DNA of 64,000 nucleotides from Acholeplasma sp. (lineage in GTDB: Bacteria > Bacillota_I > Bacilli_A > Acholeplasmatales > UBA5453), in NCBI GenBank assembly GCA_036677365.1, contig JAVBWN010000031.1, forward strand, positions 1 through 64,000. The letters are read 5' to 3'. Within the stretch, counting starts at the first letter, position 1. Each line of letters begins with the position of its first letter. Positions 29,957 through 41,085 of the stretch are shown here, piece by piece. A model generated the notes under the pieces. The model was not told the origin of the DNA, made no database searches, and worked only from the letters and a program-made list of their open reading frames with translations. The position numbers and the translations under genes are program-made.

Positions 29957-31219
29957 ATGTATAATTTTAAATTTCCAGACATTGGTGAAGGCATCCATGA
30001 GGGTAAGCTTTTAAAATGGTTTTTCAAAAAAGGCGATACCGTCAAAGAAGGCGAAACGTTATGTTTGGTCGAAACCGATAAAGTCAACGCCGAACTCCCA
30101 AGCCCTGTTTCTGGGGTGATTGATACCTTAGGGGTGGCTGTGGGTGAAATCATCCACGTTGGTGAAACCCTAGTACTCATTCAAGATGGGTCAGTCTCAC
30201 CAAAAGCTGAATCTAAGAAAGAAACCACCTCGGTCGATGAAGGTGAAAATGCCGGTGTCGTTGGACAATTAGAAGTGTCTTCAGAAGTCATCGCTTCTGC
30301 TGTTGAAGAAAAAACGGATAATAAAACAAATACCAAAGTTTTAGCATCCCCACTGGCGAGACAACTCGCGAAAGACAACCAAATCGACATCAAATCCTTA
30401 AAAGGGTCTGGTGAGTTTGGTCGAATCCTCAAAACCGATGTTGAAAACGCCATCGCGTCTAAACAAGTTAAACCTGTTCAACCAAGCATCCCAGTCCCAC
30501 CGATGACTACTTCCAAAGAAGGCATCCGACGTGTGCCAATCACATCGATCCGTAAAGCGATTGTGACCGCGATGACCTTATCGAAACAAATCATCCCACA
30601 TACCGTTTTAATGGATGAACTCGATGTCACCGAACTCGTGAACTTAAGAAACGAACAAAAAGGTTTCGCAAGTGAAGCTGGTATCCATTTAACTTACATG
30701 CCTTTCATCATCAAAGCCTTGACCAAAACCATTCAAGAATTCCCAATTTTCAACGCGTCATTCGACCATGAAAAAGGCGAAATTCTGTATAAAGATTTTA
30801 TCCACATCGGTTTCGCTACCGATACACCTGAGGGGTTGATCGTACCAAACATCAAACATGCCGATCAATTATCGATTTTTGAACTGGCTCAACAGCTCAA
30901 AGACCTACAACAAAAAGCCATCAACAAAACCATTCAACTTAAAGACATTCAAAATGGTACGTTTACCGTGACCAATTATGGTGCGTTTGATTCCACTTTT
31001 GGGGCACCCATCATCAAGTACCCTGAAGTTGCCATCATGGGCATAGGTAAAATTCAATCGAAACCAATCGTTAAAAACAATGAAATCGTCATCGCACCTG
31101 TTTTACCGATTTCATTCGCTGTGGACCACCGAATCATTGACGGGGCGGATGCCGGCCGCTTCGTAATGAAGTTCAAATCGTATTTGAAGAACCCTGTGTT
31201 CATGTTGTTGTCCAAATGA
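29957..31219 (+). CDS. pdhC: Dihydrolipoamide acetyltransferase E2
   Basis: Lipoyl motif ETDKV, ASPLAR binding domain, catalytic DHRIIDG. Confidence 0.95.
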   Translation: MYNFKFPDIGEGIHEGKLLKWFFKKGDTVKEGETLCLVETDKVNAELPSPVSGVIDTLGVAVGEIIHVGETLVLIQDGSVSPKAESKKETTSVDEGENAGVVGQLEVSSEVIASAVEEKTDNKTNTKVLASPLARQLAKDNQIDIKSLKGSGEFGRILKTDVENAIASKQVKPVQPSIPVPPMTTSKEGIRRVPITSIRKAIVTAMTLSKQIIPHTVLMDELDVTELVNLRNEQKGFASEAGIHLTYMPFIIKALTKTIQEFPIFNASFDHEKGEILYKDFIHIGFATDTPEGLIVPNIKHADQLSIFELAQQLKDLQQKAINKTIQLKDIQNGTFTVTNYGAFDSTFGAPIIKYPEVAIMGIGKIQSKPIVKNNEIVIAPVLPISFAVDHRIIDGADAGRFVMKFKSYLKNPVFMLLSK

Positions 31220-32586
31220 CCTACGATATTTTGATTTTAGGTGGCGGACCCGGCGGTTATGTCGCTGCCATCAAAGCCGCACAGCTCGGCTATAAAGTAG
31301 GACTTGTTGAAAAAAACGCCTTGGGTGGCGTTTGTTTAAATGAGGGTTGTATCCCAACCAAAACATTATTGAAGAATGCGAAAGTATACCGATTGATGAA
31401 ACACGCCTCTCATTACGGTGTTCACATCGATGAAAGTGCCGTATCCTTCAATTGGACCGAAATGCTTACGCGTAAAAATAAAGTCATCAAAACTTTAACC
31501 GATGGTGTGAAAGGTTTACTCAAAAAAAATGGGGTTACCGTTCATAACGGTTATGGTGAAGTAATCAATAAAACCACCGTAAAAGTGGGCGAAGAAACCC
31601 TTGAAACGAAGTATTTGATTCTCGCAACCGGTGCTTCACCCGTCATTCCGAATATCCCTGGTTTAAAGGCAGGGTTTGAAAGACAATTCGTTTATACCTA
31701 TGCGAGTTTACTCAATTATCCTAACATCCCGAAAGCCTTAACCATCATAGGCGGTGGGGTCATCGGGTTGGAATTCGCGACCCTTTTCTCCAGTTTTGGT
31801 ACGAAAGTGACTGTCATAGAACGTTTAGACCAAATCTTGTCGTCAGTCGATGATGACATTAGACAAGCGTATTTAAGACTCCTAAAAAAAGATAAAATCG
31901 ATGTCATTACAGCTGCGACTGTGACTGAAATCAAAGACGATACTGTCATCTATGAACATCAAGGGACATCTAAATCGATTCAAAGCGACATCGTCTTGTT
32001 ATCGGTTGGGATGAAACCCAATTTAGAAGCCTTTAAAGCATTAAACATCGAGACCACCAAACAAGGGGTGGTTGTGAACGAACACCTCCAAACGTCTATC
32101 CCAACCGTTTACGCGATTGGTGATATCACCGGGAAAATGATGCTCGCCCACGCCGCTTCCGCGGAAGGCGTTACCGCGGTTGAACACATCCATGGTAAAG
32201 ATGTTTCCTTCTCCTTCGACCATGTCCCAAGCGCGATTTATGGTTTCCCAGAAATCGCTTGGATTGGGTTATCTGAGACCGCTGCCAAAGAGAACAACAT
32301 CCCTTATAAAACATCGAAGTTCCCTCTCATGGCCAATGGTCGTTCCTTGGCTGAGGGCGATACTGATGGGTTTGTTAAAGTCGTGGTGAACCCAGATACC
32401 GGTGAAATCATCGGTGCCCACATTCTCGCATCCAACGCTTCCGATTTACTCGCTGAAGTGGTGCTCGCCATCAAGTCAGAGGCGACCATCGCGGATGTTG
32501 CCAATGCGATCCACTTACACCCGACCGTATCCGAAACCGTGATGGAATCGGCGTTAGGTGCCATTCATAAACACATCCATATCTAA
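31216..32586 (+). CDS. pdhD: Dihydrolipoamide dehydrogenase E3
   Basis: GGGPGGY, GGVCLNEGCIPTK, HLHPTVSE. Confidence 0.95.
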   Translation: MTYDILILGGGPGGYVAAIKAAQLGYKVGLVEKNALGGVCLNEGCIPTKTLLKNAKVYRLMKHASHYGVHIDESAVSFNWTEMLTRKNKVIKTLTDGVKGLLKKNGVTVHNGYGEVINKTTVKVGEETLETKYLILATGASPVIPNIPGLKAGFERQFVYTYASLLNYPNIPKALTIIGGGVIGLEFATLFSSFGTKVTVIERLDQILSSVDDDIRQAYLRLLKKDKIDVITAATVTEIKDDTVIYEHQGTSKSIQSDIVLLSVGMKPNLEAFKALNIETTKQGVVVNEHLQTSIPTVYAIGDITGKMMLAHAASAEGVTAVEHIHGKDVSFSFDHVPSAIYGFPEIAWIGLSETAAKENNIPYKTSKFPLMANGRSLAEGDTDGFVKVVVNPDTGEIIGAHILASNASDLLAEVVLAIKSEATIADVANAIHLHPTVSETVMESALGAIHKHIHI

Positions 32587-32590
32587 CAAT

Positions 32591-32620
32591 AAAGGCATGC
32601 CGCCCGGCATGCCTTTTCTT
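32591..32620. terminator. Bidirectional terminator between convergent pdhD and lplA
   Basis: AAAGGCATGCC-GCCC-GGCATGCCTTT perfect inverted repeat. Confidence 0.85.
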
Positions 32621-33576
32621 TATTCAAATAACAGATTTGTAAATGGGGTCAATGAAATCCTTAAGCTTTCATCGATGGTTTCTAGGACTTGTACATAAAT
32701 CTTTTTATCGAACTGAACCCCCATAAACTGATTGAAGTGCAGGTTTATCGATTTAGTTGTTAGCATCAAAGTATCGATCAATCCCTCTTTCACGCTGACA
32801 ACGATTTGTTTGTCTTCAAACGCTTTTTTAATTTCAAAGTTTGGGGATTCCCCATACGTCCAAGCCCAAGTATGATACTTATTTTGTTTCAAGTCTTCAA
32901 TGGCTTTTAAATCTGCTTTTGTGAGCACGATCACATGGGGTAGGGTATCATCGGTATTCAACCAAAAATTCAATAATTTTGATTTAAATGCCTCGATGGT
33001 TAATTGTGGATTTAAGTGGGTCACGATATTGGTCACCCTACTACGATTCGAATCCACACCAATACTGTCAATGTCCTCTGATTTTGGTTTTAAGACTTTA
33101 GTTAAAGTGTCTAATTTTGTATTGAACAAAATGGTCCCGTGGTGTAACAACTTTTTTTGATGATACATTTGAGCATTCCCACTGAATTTTTCTTTGCCGA
33201 CGACCAAATCGCTTTTTCCACTGAATTTCGCATCCACACCAAGACTTTGTAAGAAATCGATGACGGGTTGTGTGAATACTTGATAATTTTTTAAGACACC
33301 TTGATAATGCTTTGAAATGATGGAAAAGTTCAAATTGCCCAAATCATGATAGACTGTTCCACCGCCGGATATTCGCCTTAGGACGGGGATACCGTGTGTT
33401 TCACAATAACCCACATTGACCTCACCATAAACCACTTGGTTTCTGCCCACAATGACCGATGGTCCATTGACCCACAGTAAAAGGATGTCCTCATCACAGT
33501 CGATGTTTTTGAGTACATATTCTTCTAATGCGAGATTAAAATAGGGGTCAACACAGGCATTTAGGATGGTCTTCAT
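32620..33576 (-). CDS. lplA: Lipoate-protein ligase A
   Basis: NLALEE, RRISGGGTVYHDLGNLNF, KFSGNAQ, HHGT; next to pdh operon. Confidence 0.92.
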   Translation of the reverse strand: MKTILNACVDPYFNLALEEYVLKNIDCDEDILLLWVNGPSVIVGRNQVVYGEVNVGYCETHGIPVLRRISGGGTVYHDLGNLNFSIISKHYQGVLKNYQVFTQPVIDFLQSLGVDAKFSGKSDLVVGKEKFSGNAQMYHQKKLLHHGTILFNTKLDTLTKVLKPKSEDIDSIGVDSNRSRVTNIVTHLNPQLTIEAFKSKLLNFWLNTDDTLPHVIVLTKADLKAIEDLKQNKYHTWAWTYGESPNFEIKKAFEDKQIVVSVKEGLIDTLMLTTKSINLHFNQFMGVQFDKKIYVQVLETIDESLRISLTPFTNLLFE

Positions 33577-33594
33577 GGGTTACCTAATTTATAC

Positions 33595-35388
33595 TTATTT
33601 TTTAGAATGAATGATATCTTCAATGATACCAGAGATTTCTTCAATGACTTCGGTTAATACTTGATCAGTGGTTAAATCCACACCCACCATCTTTGCGAGG
33701 TCGAGTGGGGTCTTCGTACCGCCCGCTTTTAAGACTTCAATCCACGCTTGTGGCGCGATTTGTTTGTCTTGAATCATGCGAGATACTTTCGTGCCCAATG
33801 TGAGTCCTGCAGAGTAGGTATATGGGTATAAGCCCATGAAATAATGGGGTTGTCTCATCCATGTAAGTCCAGCCCAATCGGGAATTTCTACCGCGTCTCC
33901 CCAAAACTGTCTTAAAACACCGAGTTTGATGTTGTTTAAGATATTGGCGGATAGTGGTTGTTTTTGATCGACCCTCGTATAGACTTCTCTTTGGAAGGCC
34001 GCTTCTAATAAATGGGTTACGAAATTATGATAATACGTTCTTGAGATCATGACGGATTTAATCCAAGTCTTTTCTCGTTCTGTTTTTGCTTGTTGAATCA
34101 AATGATTCGCCATCAACAACTCATTGGTGGTGGATGGGGCTTCAATGAAATACATCGAAGGACGGGTATTTAAAATCTTTTGGTTACTATTGGCGTATTG
34201 GAAATGACCGGCATGGCCAAGTTCATGGGCTAAGACCATGACTTCATCCATTTGACCGTTCCAGTTAATCAGGATATACGAAGAAGCGCCATAAGGGGAG
34301 GAACAGAAACCACCCGTAGATTTACCTTGGTTTTGTGGGAAGTCAATCCAACGTTCTTCAAATGCACGTTTGACAATCTCATTGTATTCTGGTCCTAAAA
34401 TCGATAACCCTTCAATACACAACTGTTTGGAAGCTTCAATCGATACTTTTGGTTCAAAGGTTGGGTCAACGGCGATTTTTAAATCCGCATAAGTCATTTT
34501 GTCTAACCCATGGATATCTTTTAATAATAACGCGTACTTACGCATCGCAGGTGCGAGTTTGGTCATGATGCCATCGATTTGACGATCCATAAAATCTTTA
34601 GACACCTTTTGGCCATCGAGTAAATAATCAAAGACACTTGGATAACCTCTGAGTTCGGATAGAATCTTCTCTTTTTGAACATGGGCTTGGTAGTTATTTG
34701 AGAACCCATGTTGGTATTCAGCCAACTTTTGATAGAAGGTTTCATAGGCTTTTCGACGAACTTCAGTCTTTTCTTCATATTCATACTCATTTTCAAATAA
34801 CGTAAATGAGTTTGGATAAGTCACGCCATCGACATCAAAGTCATTGAATTTCATATCGGCGAGTTTAAAGCGGTTATAGTTCATATACGCTGCATTGAGT
34901 ACTGGCGATAAAGCCACCAACGTCTTTTCAACTTCAGGGATCAATGTATGTTTCTTATCTTCGATGATTTCTTCTAAGAAATAACGGTTATCTTCACTGA
35001 GTTTAGATGCTTCTAATAACAGTTCATCGGAACATTGTTTTAATTCATTGGTGAAAAAAGCCATCTTTTTTGAGATGCTTTGGAAACGCATCATGGCTTT
35101 CCCTTGACGCATTTGGTTTTCCTCAGAAATCGAATCGGTAGAAGATTGTAAGGACCCATATGCCCCTATACGAGACAATCGACCTTGAATGTCTTGGAAG
35201 TCATTCAATGACGCGTTGATTTGTGCCTGATCCTTCAGTTTTTGTTCGTAGTTCTTACAAAATTGGTCGACGTCTTGTTCGACTTGATCAAATGCTTCTA
35301 AATACAGTGTTTCTGTTTTGAATAAATTCGCCATGTCCCAAGTATGTTCAATGTTCAGTTCATGACGTTTAGGTAATTGCTTTTTCAT
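33595..35388 (-). CDS. pepF: Oligoendopeptidase F (M3B)
   Basis: HELGHAGH, EAPSTTNE, PHYF..LYPYTYS; start MKKQLPKR at 35388 after AGGGG. Confidence 0.9.
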   Translation of the reverse strand: MKKQLPKRHELNIEHTWDMANLFKTETLYLEAFDQVEQDVDQFCKNYEQKLKDQAQINASLNDFQDIQGRLSRIGAYGSLQSSTDSISEENQMRQGKAMMRFQSISKKMAFFTNELKQCSDELLLEASKLSEDNRYFLEEIIEDKKHTLIPEVEKTLVALSPVLNAAYMNYNRFKLADMKFNDFDVDGVTYPNSFTLFENEYEYEEKTEVRRKAYETFYQKLAEYQHGFSNNYQAHVQKEKILSELRGYPSVFDYLLDGQKVSKDFMDRQIDGIMTKLAPAMRKYALLLKDIHGLDKMTYADLKIAVDPTFEPKVSIEASKQLCIEGLSILGPEYNEIVKRAFEERWIDFPQNQGKSTGGFCSSPYGASSYILINWNGQMDEVMVLAHELGHAGHFQYANSNQKILNTRPSMYFIEAPSTTNELLMANHLIQQAKTEREKTWIKSVMISRTYYHNFVTHLLEAAFQREVYTRVDQKQPLSANILNNIKLGVLRQFWGDAVEIPDWAGLTWMRQPHYFMGLYPYTYSAGLTLGTKVSRMIQDKQIAPQAWIEVLKAGGTKTPLDLAKMVGVDLTTDQVLTEVIEEISGIIEDIIHSKK

Positions 35389-35517
35389 ATGATCGCCCCT
35401 TTTGAAAAGATTATAACATAGCTCGGTAATTGAATTATAAGAATCCTCATTTATAAGACAAAAAACATCCCAAAAGATGAACCATTGTCTCTCATGGGAT
35501 GATTTCAGTATTTGCAA

Positions 35518-35958
35518 TTATTTTTTTAATGACTCTAACAATTCGTTCAATCGTTTTTGTAAAGTCTCAGGTTTTTTCGCATCTAAAACCTTACGAACCA
35601 TTTCTTTTCGATTGGAATAAGCGGTTTGATTGAATGATTCTATCAGTTGGTGTTCATTGAGAAATGTCATCAAAAACTCAGGGATTTCAACCTCTCTGCG
35701 CCCTTCAATGAGTGTCAAGATGACAGTGATGGTATCTCCCCCATGAATACCCGTTTTTTCACGGTGTTCTTTCGATAGTGGGATTAAGTATTTGCCATTC
35801 ATAACAGCGATGGTTGATGGGTATTCGTAGGTACCAATCGTCACCAGTACTGGGGGTTTTTTGGATGATCCTAATGCTTCAAGATGTGCTACAGGTACCT
35901 CAATGTCTGTGTTGTTTCCAAAAGAAAAAACAGTGGTTTCAAATTGAGTTTTCGTCAT
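35518..35958 (-). CDS. DUF1905 + YdeI/OmpD-associated domain protein
   Basis: IEVP...KKPPVLVTI, AYSNRKE...AKKPETLQKR. Confidence 0.7.
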   Translation of the reverse strand: MTKTQFETTVFSFGNNTDIEVPVAHLEALGSSKKPPVLVTIGTYEYPSTIAVMNGKYLIPLSKEHREKTGIHGGDTITVILTLIEGRREVEIPEFLMTFLNEHQLIESFNQTAYSNRKEMVRKVLDAKKPETLQKRLNELLESLKK

Positions 35959-35973
35959 AGTTTTTCCTTTCAA

Positions 35974-36324
35974 TCAAAATAGTTGTCTGAGTTCAATTTG
36001 GCCTTCGCCATCGCCTTGTGGGTCTGGTGCCTTTTTCGCCCAGTATATCGCTTCTTCTTTGGATTTAACATCGATTAAGAAAAAACCAGCCACAAGTGTG
36101 TTGGGGTTGTCAAAAGGTCCTTCAGTAATCACTGGTGGTTCACCAGGGTTAATAAATGAAAAACGCATCCCATTCGAACTCGGTTGTAGCCCTTTAGCCA
36201 TCACACGAACACCAGCAGCTTCGAGTTCATCGTTGTATTGGTCCATCGCAATCCTGAGTGCTTTATTGGGTAGGTTCGCACCTTCTGAATTTCTTGAAGC
36301 TTTGATGATCATCATAAATAGCAT
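35974..36324 (-). CDS. YciI/DGPF family protein
   Basis: GLQPSS, TEGPF, GFFLIDVKSKEEAIYWA, IELRQL. Confidence 0.85.
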   Translation of the reverse strand: MLFMMIIKASRNSEGANLPNKALRIAMDQYNDELEAAGVRVMAKGLQPSSNGMRFSFINPGEPPVITEGPFDNPNTLVAGFFLIDVKSKEEAIYWAKKAPDPQGDGEGQIELRQLF

Positions 36325-36687
36325 TTTTTTGTACCTCTTTTTAAAAAATTGTAACACAACTGAAACTGTATAATCATCCCTTACGCTTCACTTTATACCG
36401 ATCCAATATATAAAACACAAAGATAGTTGGGATTAATATCGCTGTTGTAATTTGATATATGCGACCATGATAATAGTTTGAAATCCATTCTTGGCGAGTT
36501 ACTAGGATAATTGTGCCTAAACTATTAATATCATTATGGATTGGTTATTTCATATTACATGATGTCATTGATTGAAAAATCTTATACTTTTTATTCGTAG
36601 ATATAAAAGGTGTTGTCTGGGGAGGACAACACCTTTTTAGATGACTCTAAAAATCTTTTCATGCATGCATAGAGAAAGATTCAAATA

Positions 36688-39600
36688 TTAATTAGTTTTT
36701 TTCGAAACCATTGCCAATAAACTATGACGATACTTATAAGTCACAAGTCCAATGGGTAGTAATAATACTAAGAACCACCATGCCCAACTAGCATTGGATG
36801 ATTTTTCATATACCAAAACAAAGTTAGAAAATTGATTTGTTTCGAAAGTAATGGTCTGAAGTTTTTCATCATATGTACAATCCAGCATTTCTACTTGTCC
36901 ATCGTGTATACGAATTATTTGATAATTTTTATGACCTTGTTCTAATTCTCCCAATTGTAAGGTAATTTGGACATTTTGTGTTAAATCAGTAATCAAAATA
37001 TCACTTTGTCCTTCGACCTTGATGATAACACTGATGTCCATAACGGCGTATTGTTGATGCTTTGTGAGTTGTGACTGAATGAGTTCTATGAGGTCTAAAT
37101 TAACTTCTGTGGTGTGTTTACGAACGAATTGAATCATAATTTCACCATTCATGTTTTCAACCATGGTTAAATCGATTGCTTCAAGTAATCCTGTCATCTC
37201 AAGATCAGTATTCCCCATATCTATGGTTGAAACTTTAATCCAGCAGGCTTCTATGGTCATATCACCTGCTGGCATCATGGATGGTACATTTTGATTCCAT
37301 CCATTAAACAGATGGCCAGTTTTAGTTGGGTTTGTAGGTAATACAATGGCTGATCCATATGTTTGTATCAGTGGTTCTACCATATTTCCACCTTTGGTGT
37401 CAAAAGTGATTGTATAAGTATTGATTGACCATTTGGCGTAAAGTGTGATGTCTTCCGCAGGCATCGTATCAAATGTATATGCACTGCTCAACGCTTCATC
37501 ACTATACCATCCACCAAAGGTGTATCCCAGTTTGGTAGGGTTGGCTGGTTGACTTATATTTGAGCCATAAGCTTGTGAAATAGTGGATATTGCACTGCCT
37601 AAATTACTGTTGAACGCGATGTTGTAAGTATTGATCGACCACTTCGCGTATAGGGTGATGTCTTCAGCTGGCATCGTATCAAATGTATACGCACTGCTCA
37701 ACGCTTCATCACTATACCATCCAACAAAGGTATATCCCAGTTTGGTAGGGTTGGCTGGTTGATTCACGCTAGAACCATAAGCTTGTGAGATGCTTGAAAC
37801 AGCACTACCAGCGTTACTGTTAAATGTGATGTTGTAAGTATTGATCGTCCATTTGGCGTAAAGTGTGATGTCTTCCGCAGGCATCGTATCAAAAGTGTAT
37901 GCACTGCTCAACGCTTCATCGCTATACCATCCACCAAAGGTGTATCCTGGTTTGGTAGGGTTGGCTGGTTGATTCACGCTAGAACCATAAGCTTGTGAAA
38001 TAGTGGATATCACACTGCCTAAATTACTATTAAATGTGATGTTATACGTATTGATCGACCACTTCGCGTATAGGGTGATGTCTTCAGCTGGCATCGTATC
38101 AAAAGTGTATGCAATGCTCAACGCTTCATCACTATACCATCCAACAAAGGTGTATCCCAGTTTGGTAGGGTTGGCTGGTTGATTCACGCTAGAACCATAA
38201 GCTTGTGAAATAGTAGATACGGCACTACCAGTGTTACTATTGAAGGTGATGGAAACGAATTCTACTGTCCATTTTGCCCAGTACGTTTTCGCACCAACAT
38301 CGTTCAATGAAATCCACTGGACGGTTTGACCTGTTAGTTCTTCATTATCATACCAACCTTCAAATACATACCCCACTCTTACGATTTTTTGATTGTTCGG
38401 TAAGGTTAAACCTACCCCTTCGGTATACGTTTGTGGTAAGTCATAACCAAGAATGGTATTCCCACCGTTTAAGTTAAACGTAATAACTGAATTGACAGCT
38501 GTCAAAATCATGAATTCTGCATAAACAGATTGAGTACTGGTTATATTAGTCAATGTAACGGTTGATACTGCACCGATACTTACACCATTGACTTTGACAT
38601 CTTTAATTTGATACCCCAGATTTGGCGTTATTGTATAGGTCAAGCTGCTCCCGTTTGAAACCACGGTGTAGCCTTTTGGACTGATGGTCCCTTGTACATC
38701 ACTATTGGCATAAACAGCGATGTCAGATGGTAATATTTTTTCGAACGTGACATCGATTTGTGTATCACTGGTGATCCCTGAAACACTGTAATTGTGATTG
38801 ACGATGTCCATTTTTTTATCTTCGCCATTGACGGTAAATGTCGCAACTTTATAACCATTCATCGGGATAATTTGATAATTTTGAACTGTCCCGTCATAAA
38901 TGATACTGCCCAAAGGGTAAATCGTACCATTGTCACCCGACGTGGATAAAATCGTGTGTTGTGTGACACCACCCCATTTGGCATAAAAGACTTGATTATC
39001 GAAAGTTGTCGCATCGATTTCAGTGATTTCATCACCAGAAAGCATCGCATTATCATACCAACCTTCAAATGTCTTTTCTGCCCATACAGGTATCGGTAGT
39101 GTGACCGTATCCCCATATGTATAAGCCGTTTGAACTGAAGTGTTGAATGACCCACCATTCGTCCAATAATCTATTTTATACGTAGATTTGGTCCAAATAG
39201 CATAAATTGTTTGATTTGAACTTAGCGTTAAGATGTCTTTTGGTAAATACGTTGTCCCTAAACCATCTGGACTTGTATTCCAATGAGAAAAGGTATGTCC
39301 CGTTTTTGTAAACATAGGCTCACTCACACTGATTTTATCTACCACTGAAATGTTTGAAGTTTCATTGGTACCATGGTTAGCGTCGTAAGTGAGTGTTTTT
39401 AAATCCGCTGTGACATACTTCAACTCACCATTGCTGGTATTGTACGCAACAGCTTGGGTGATGTTATCAGCGAAAAATATTTTGTTGACATCCTCATGGG
39501 TATTCCCACTGGTGGTGTAATTGGATGTGAGTTGTTCACCAGCACCACCCCATAAGCCAATCGATGCGTAATTTCTAACCCCAGCTACTTCTGTATACAA

Positions 39601-40728
39601 CTCACCCAATATTTTGATTGAATTTACAGATTCAGTGGAATAGCTTAAGTTCGTCGATATATATTGATTTGTATAATAGTCATAATAGTGATTATTGACA
39701 ATTCTAGGGGCACCAGATAAAGAAACAATAGATGCGCCATTGCCCACATTATCGGTTGCGACCCCTGCACCACCAACGAACATCGAACTGGTATTTGAAT
39801 AGTTATACGCTGTATCAAATGCATAGTTGTCTTCGATGATACCGCCATAAATATTGACACGAGCAGGCATGTAACTTGAACCAAATAAATAAATCCCAGC
39901 GCCGCCATATCGGCTACTATTCCCAACAATTTGACCTTGATGAAGGTTAAAAGTCCCCCCGTCCATTACCCCTACTGTGCCACTACGTTGTCTTTTGCCA
40001 CCCCATTGTGATAAAGCAGTTGATGTATTGCCACTGAGTGTTCCACCGTATAAGTTCACTGTACCACCGGTGTTTCCAACCAAAATAGCAGACCCACCTC
40101 CGGTATAGTTAAAGTTGGATTTTAAGTCTGTCTTAGTTGCATACTTATGACCACCGGTGATGATACCTCCAACGATTACACCGTCACCAATGTCATTAAA
40201 ATCGTAATACCTTTGGAATAGTTTCTGATCATAATCGATGCTATTGTAATAGATATCTTGTGTGGCGGTTGCCTCAACCTCTTTGATTTTATAGTTGTGT
40301 ACTTTATTGCTCGTATCACAGTCATAAATGTTCAATGTCCCACCAGTAACTGTGAAAATGCTTTGATCTGAATTTAATGCCCCCCAAAGGATATTACCAT
40401 TCAAATCAATATTCACCACACCACTGGAAATAGCAATGTTGGTGTTGAGGGTTACATTACCATCCAAGTAATAATTCCCACTCGAAATCACCCCACCGCT
40501 GCTTGGCAGTGGTATCCAATCATTGATATCACCACATGTGCTCGAATAACTCAACGGTGAAGCGACTATCGTTTCATTCGCTTGTGGTTCATTGAACGCG
40601 TTTTCTATGCTTTGTAATGGATTCAAATTGAAATCCACCATACCGAGTTGAATAACCCATAAAAAAACGAATAAAGCAATCATCCAAAATATGTTTTTGT
40701 TCGTATGTCTTGTGTTGTTATAATTCAT
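36688..40728 (-). CDS. Large surface protein with InlB B-type (Listeria-Bacteroides) repeats and C-terminal membrane anchor
   Basis: Signal/TM N-terminus, Gly/Asn-rich region, repeated PTKxGYTFxGWY...TLYAKW units, C-terminal TM plus basic tail; start at 40728 after GGAG. Confidence 0.85.
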   Translation of the reverse strand: MNYNNTRHTNKNIFWMIALFVFLWVIQLGMVDFNLNPLQSIENAFNEPQANETIVASPLSYSSTCGDINDWIPLPSSGGVISSGNYYLDGNVTLNTNIAISSGVVNIDLNGNILWGALNSDQSIFTVTGGTLNIYDCDTSNKVHNYKIKEVEATATQDIYYNSIDYDQKLFQRYYDFNDIGDGVIVGGIITGGHKYATKTDLKSNFNYTGGGSAILVGNTGGTVNLYGGTLSGNTSTALSQWGGKRQRSGTVGVMDGGTFNLHQGQIVGNSSRYGGAGIYLFGSSYMPARVNIYGGIIEDNYAFDTAYNYSNTSSMFVGGAGVATDNVGNGASIVSLSGAPRIVNNHYYDYYTNQYISTNLSYSTESVNSIKILGELYTEVAGVRNYASIGLWGGAGEQLTSNYTTSGNTHEDVNKIFFADNITQAVAYNTSNGELKYVTADLKTLTYDANHGTNETSNISVVDKISVSEPMFTKTGHTFSHWNTSPDGLGTTYLPKDILTLSSNQTIYAIWTKSTYKIDYWTNGGSFNTSVQTAYTYGDTVTLPIPVWAEKTFEGWYDNAMLSGDEITEIDATTFDNQVFYAKWGGVTQHTILSTSGDNGTIYPLGSIIYDGTVQNYQIIPMNGYKVATFTVNGEDKKMDIVNHNYSVSGITSDTQIDVTFEKILPSDIAVYANSDVQGTISPKGYTVVSNGSSLTYTITPNLGYQIKDVKVNGVSIGAVSTVTLTNITSTQSVYAEFMILTAVNSVITFNLNGGNTILGYDLPQTYTEGVGLTLPNNQKIVRVGYVFEGWYDNEELTGQTVQWISLNDVGAKTYWAKWTVEFVSITFNSNTGSAVSTISQAYGSSVNQPANPTKLGYTFVGWYSDEALSIAYTFDTMPAEDITLYAKWSINTYNITFNSNLGSVISTISQAYGSSVNQPANPTKPGYTFGGWYSDEALSSAYTFDTMPAEDITLYAKWTINTYNITFNSNAGSAVSSISQAYGSSVNQPANPTKLGYTFVGWYSDEALSSAYTFDTMPAEDITLYAKWSINTYNIAFNSNLGSAISTISQAYGSNISQPANPTKLGYTFGGWYSDEALSSAYTFDTMPAEDITLYAKWSINTYTITFDTKGGNMVEPLIQTYGSAIVLPTNPTKTGHLFNGWNQNVPSMMPAGDMTIEACWIKVSTIDMGNTDLEMTGLLEAIDLTMVENMNGEIMIQFVRKHTTEVNLDLIELIQSQLTKHQQYAVMDISVIIKVEGQSDILITDLTQNVQITLQLGELEQGHKNYQIIRIHDGQVEMLDCTYDEKLQTITFETNQFSNFVLVYEKSSNASWAWWFLVLLLPIGLVTYKYRHSLLAMVSKKTN
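37412..38251. repeat. Four near-identical 210-bp intragenic tandem repeats
   Basis: Equivalent positions at 37420, 37630, 37840, 38050. Confidence 0.9.
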
Positions 40729-40933
40729 TTGATTTTCTCCCTTTGCTATTAAAATGATAATGACATATGCCAGTGTGTTGATTCTTCTCAAAATCACTAA
40801 ATTTGCAGAAAGCACATAACTTTACTGCCACTAAACTACCTTCTTTGGGTGCATAAAATGCACAACTATCCAATACTTTAACGATGATGGTTTCAATGTT
40901 TTTCTCGACTGCGTTGGTATGATCTACTTCCAC
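40718..40933 (-). CDS. Small Cys/His-rich protein (71 aa)
   Basis: AAGGAGGT RBS before GTG; C, CAFC, CHYH residues; overlaps start of the surface-protein gene. Confidence 0.6.
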   Translation of the reverse strand: MEVDHTNAVEKNIETIIVKVLDSCAFYAPKEGSLVAVKLCAFCKFSDFEKNQHTGICHYHFNSKGRKSNEL

Positions 40934-41008
40934 ACGTTACCTCCTTATGAATTGTTTGTTTTGGTGGTTCAATTATATACAATCATCGAATCATCAAAGA
41001 TTGAGTTG

Positions 41009-41042
41009 GTATCAAATGTCGGTATTTTTGCATCAAACGACA
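41009..41042 (-). promoter_or_regulatory. Candidate LytTR binding direct repeats
   Basis: Minus strand TCGTTTGAT and ACATTTGAT at 21-bp period, upstream of TATAAT at 40972-40977. Confidence 0.5.
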
Positions 41043-41085
41043 AAAAAATCCCTAGATGCCATCTAGAGATTGATTATAAAATTAC

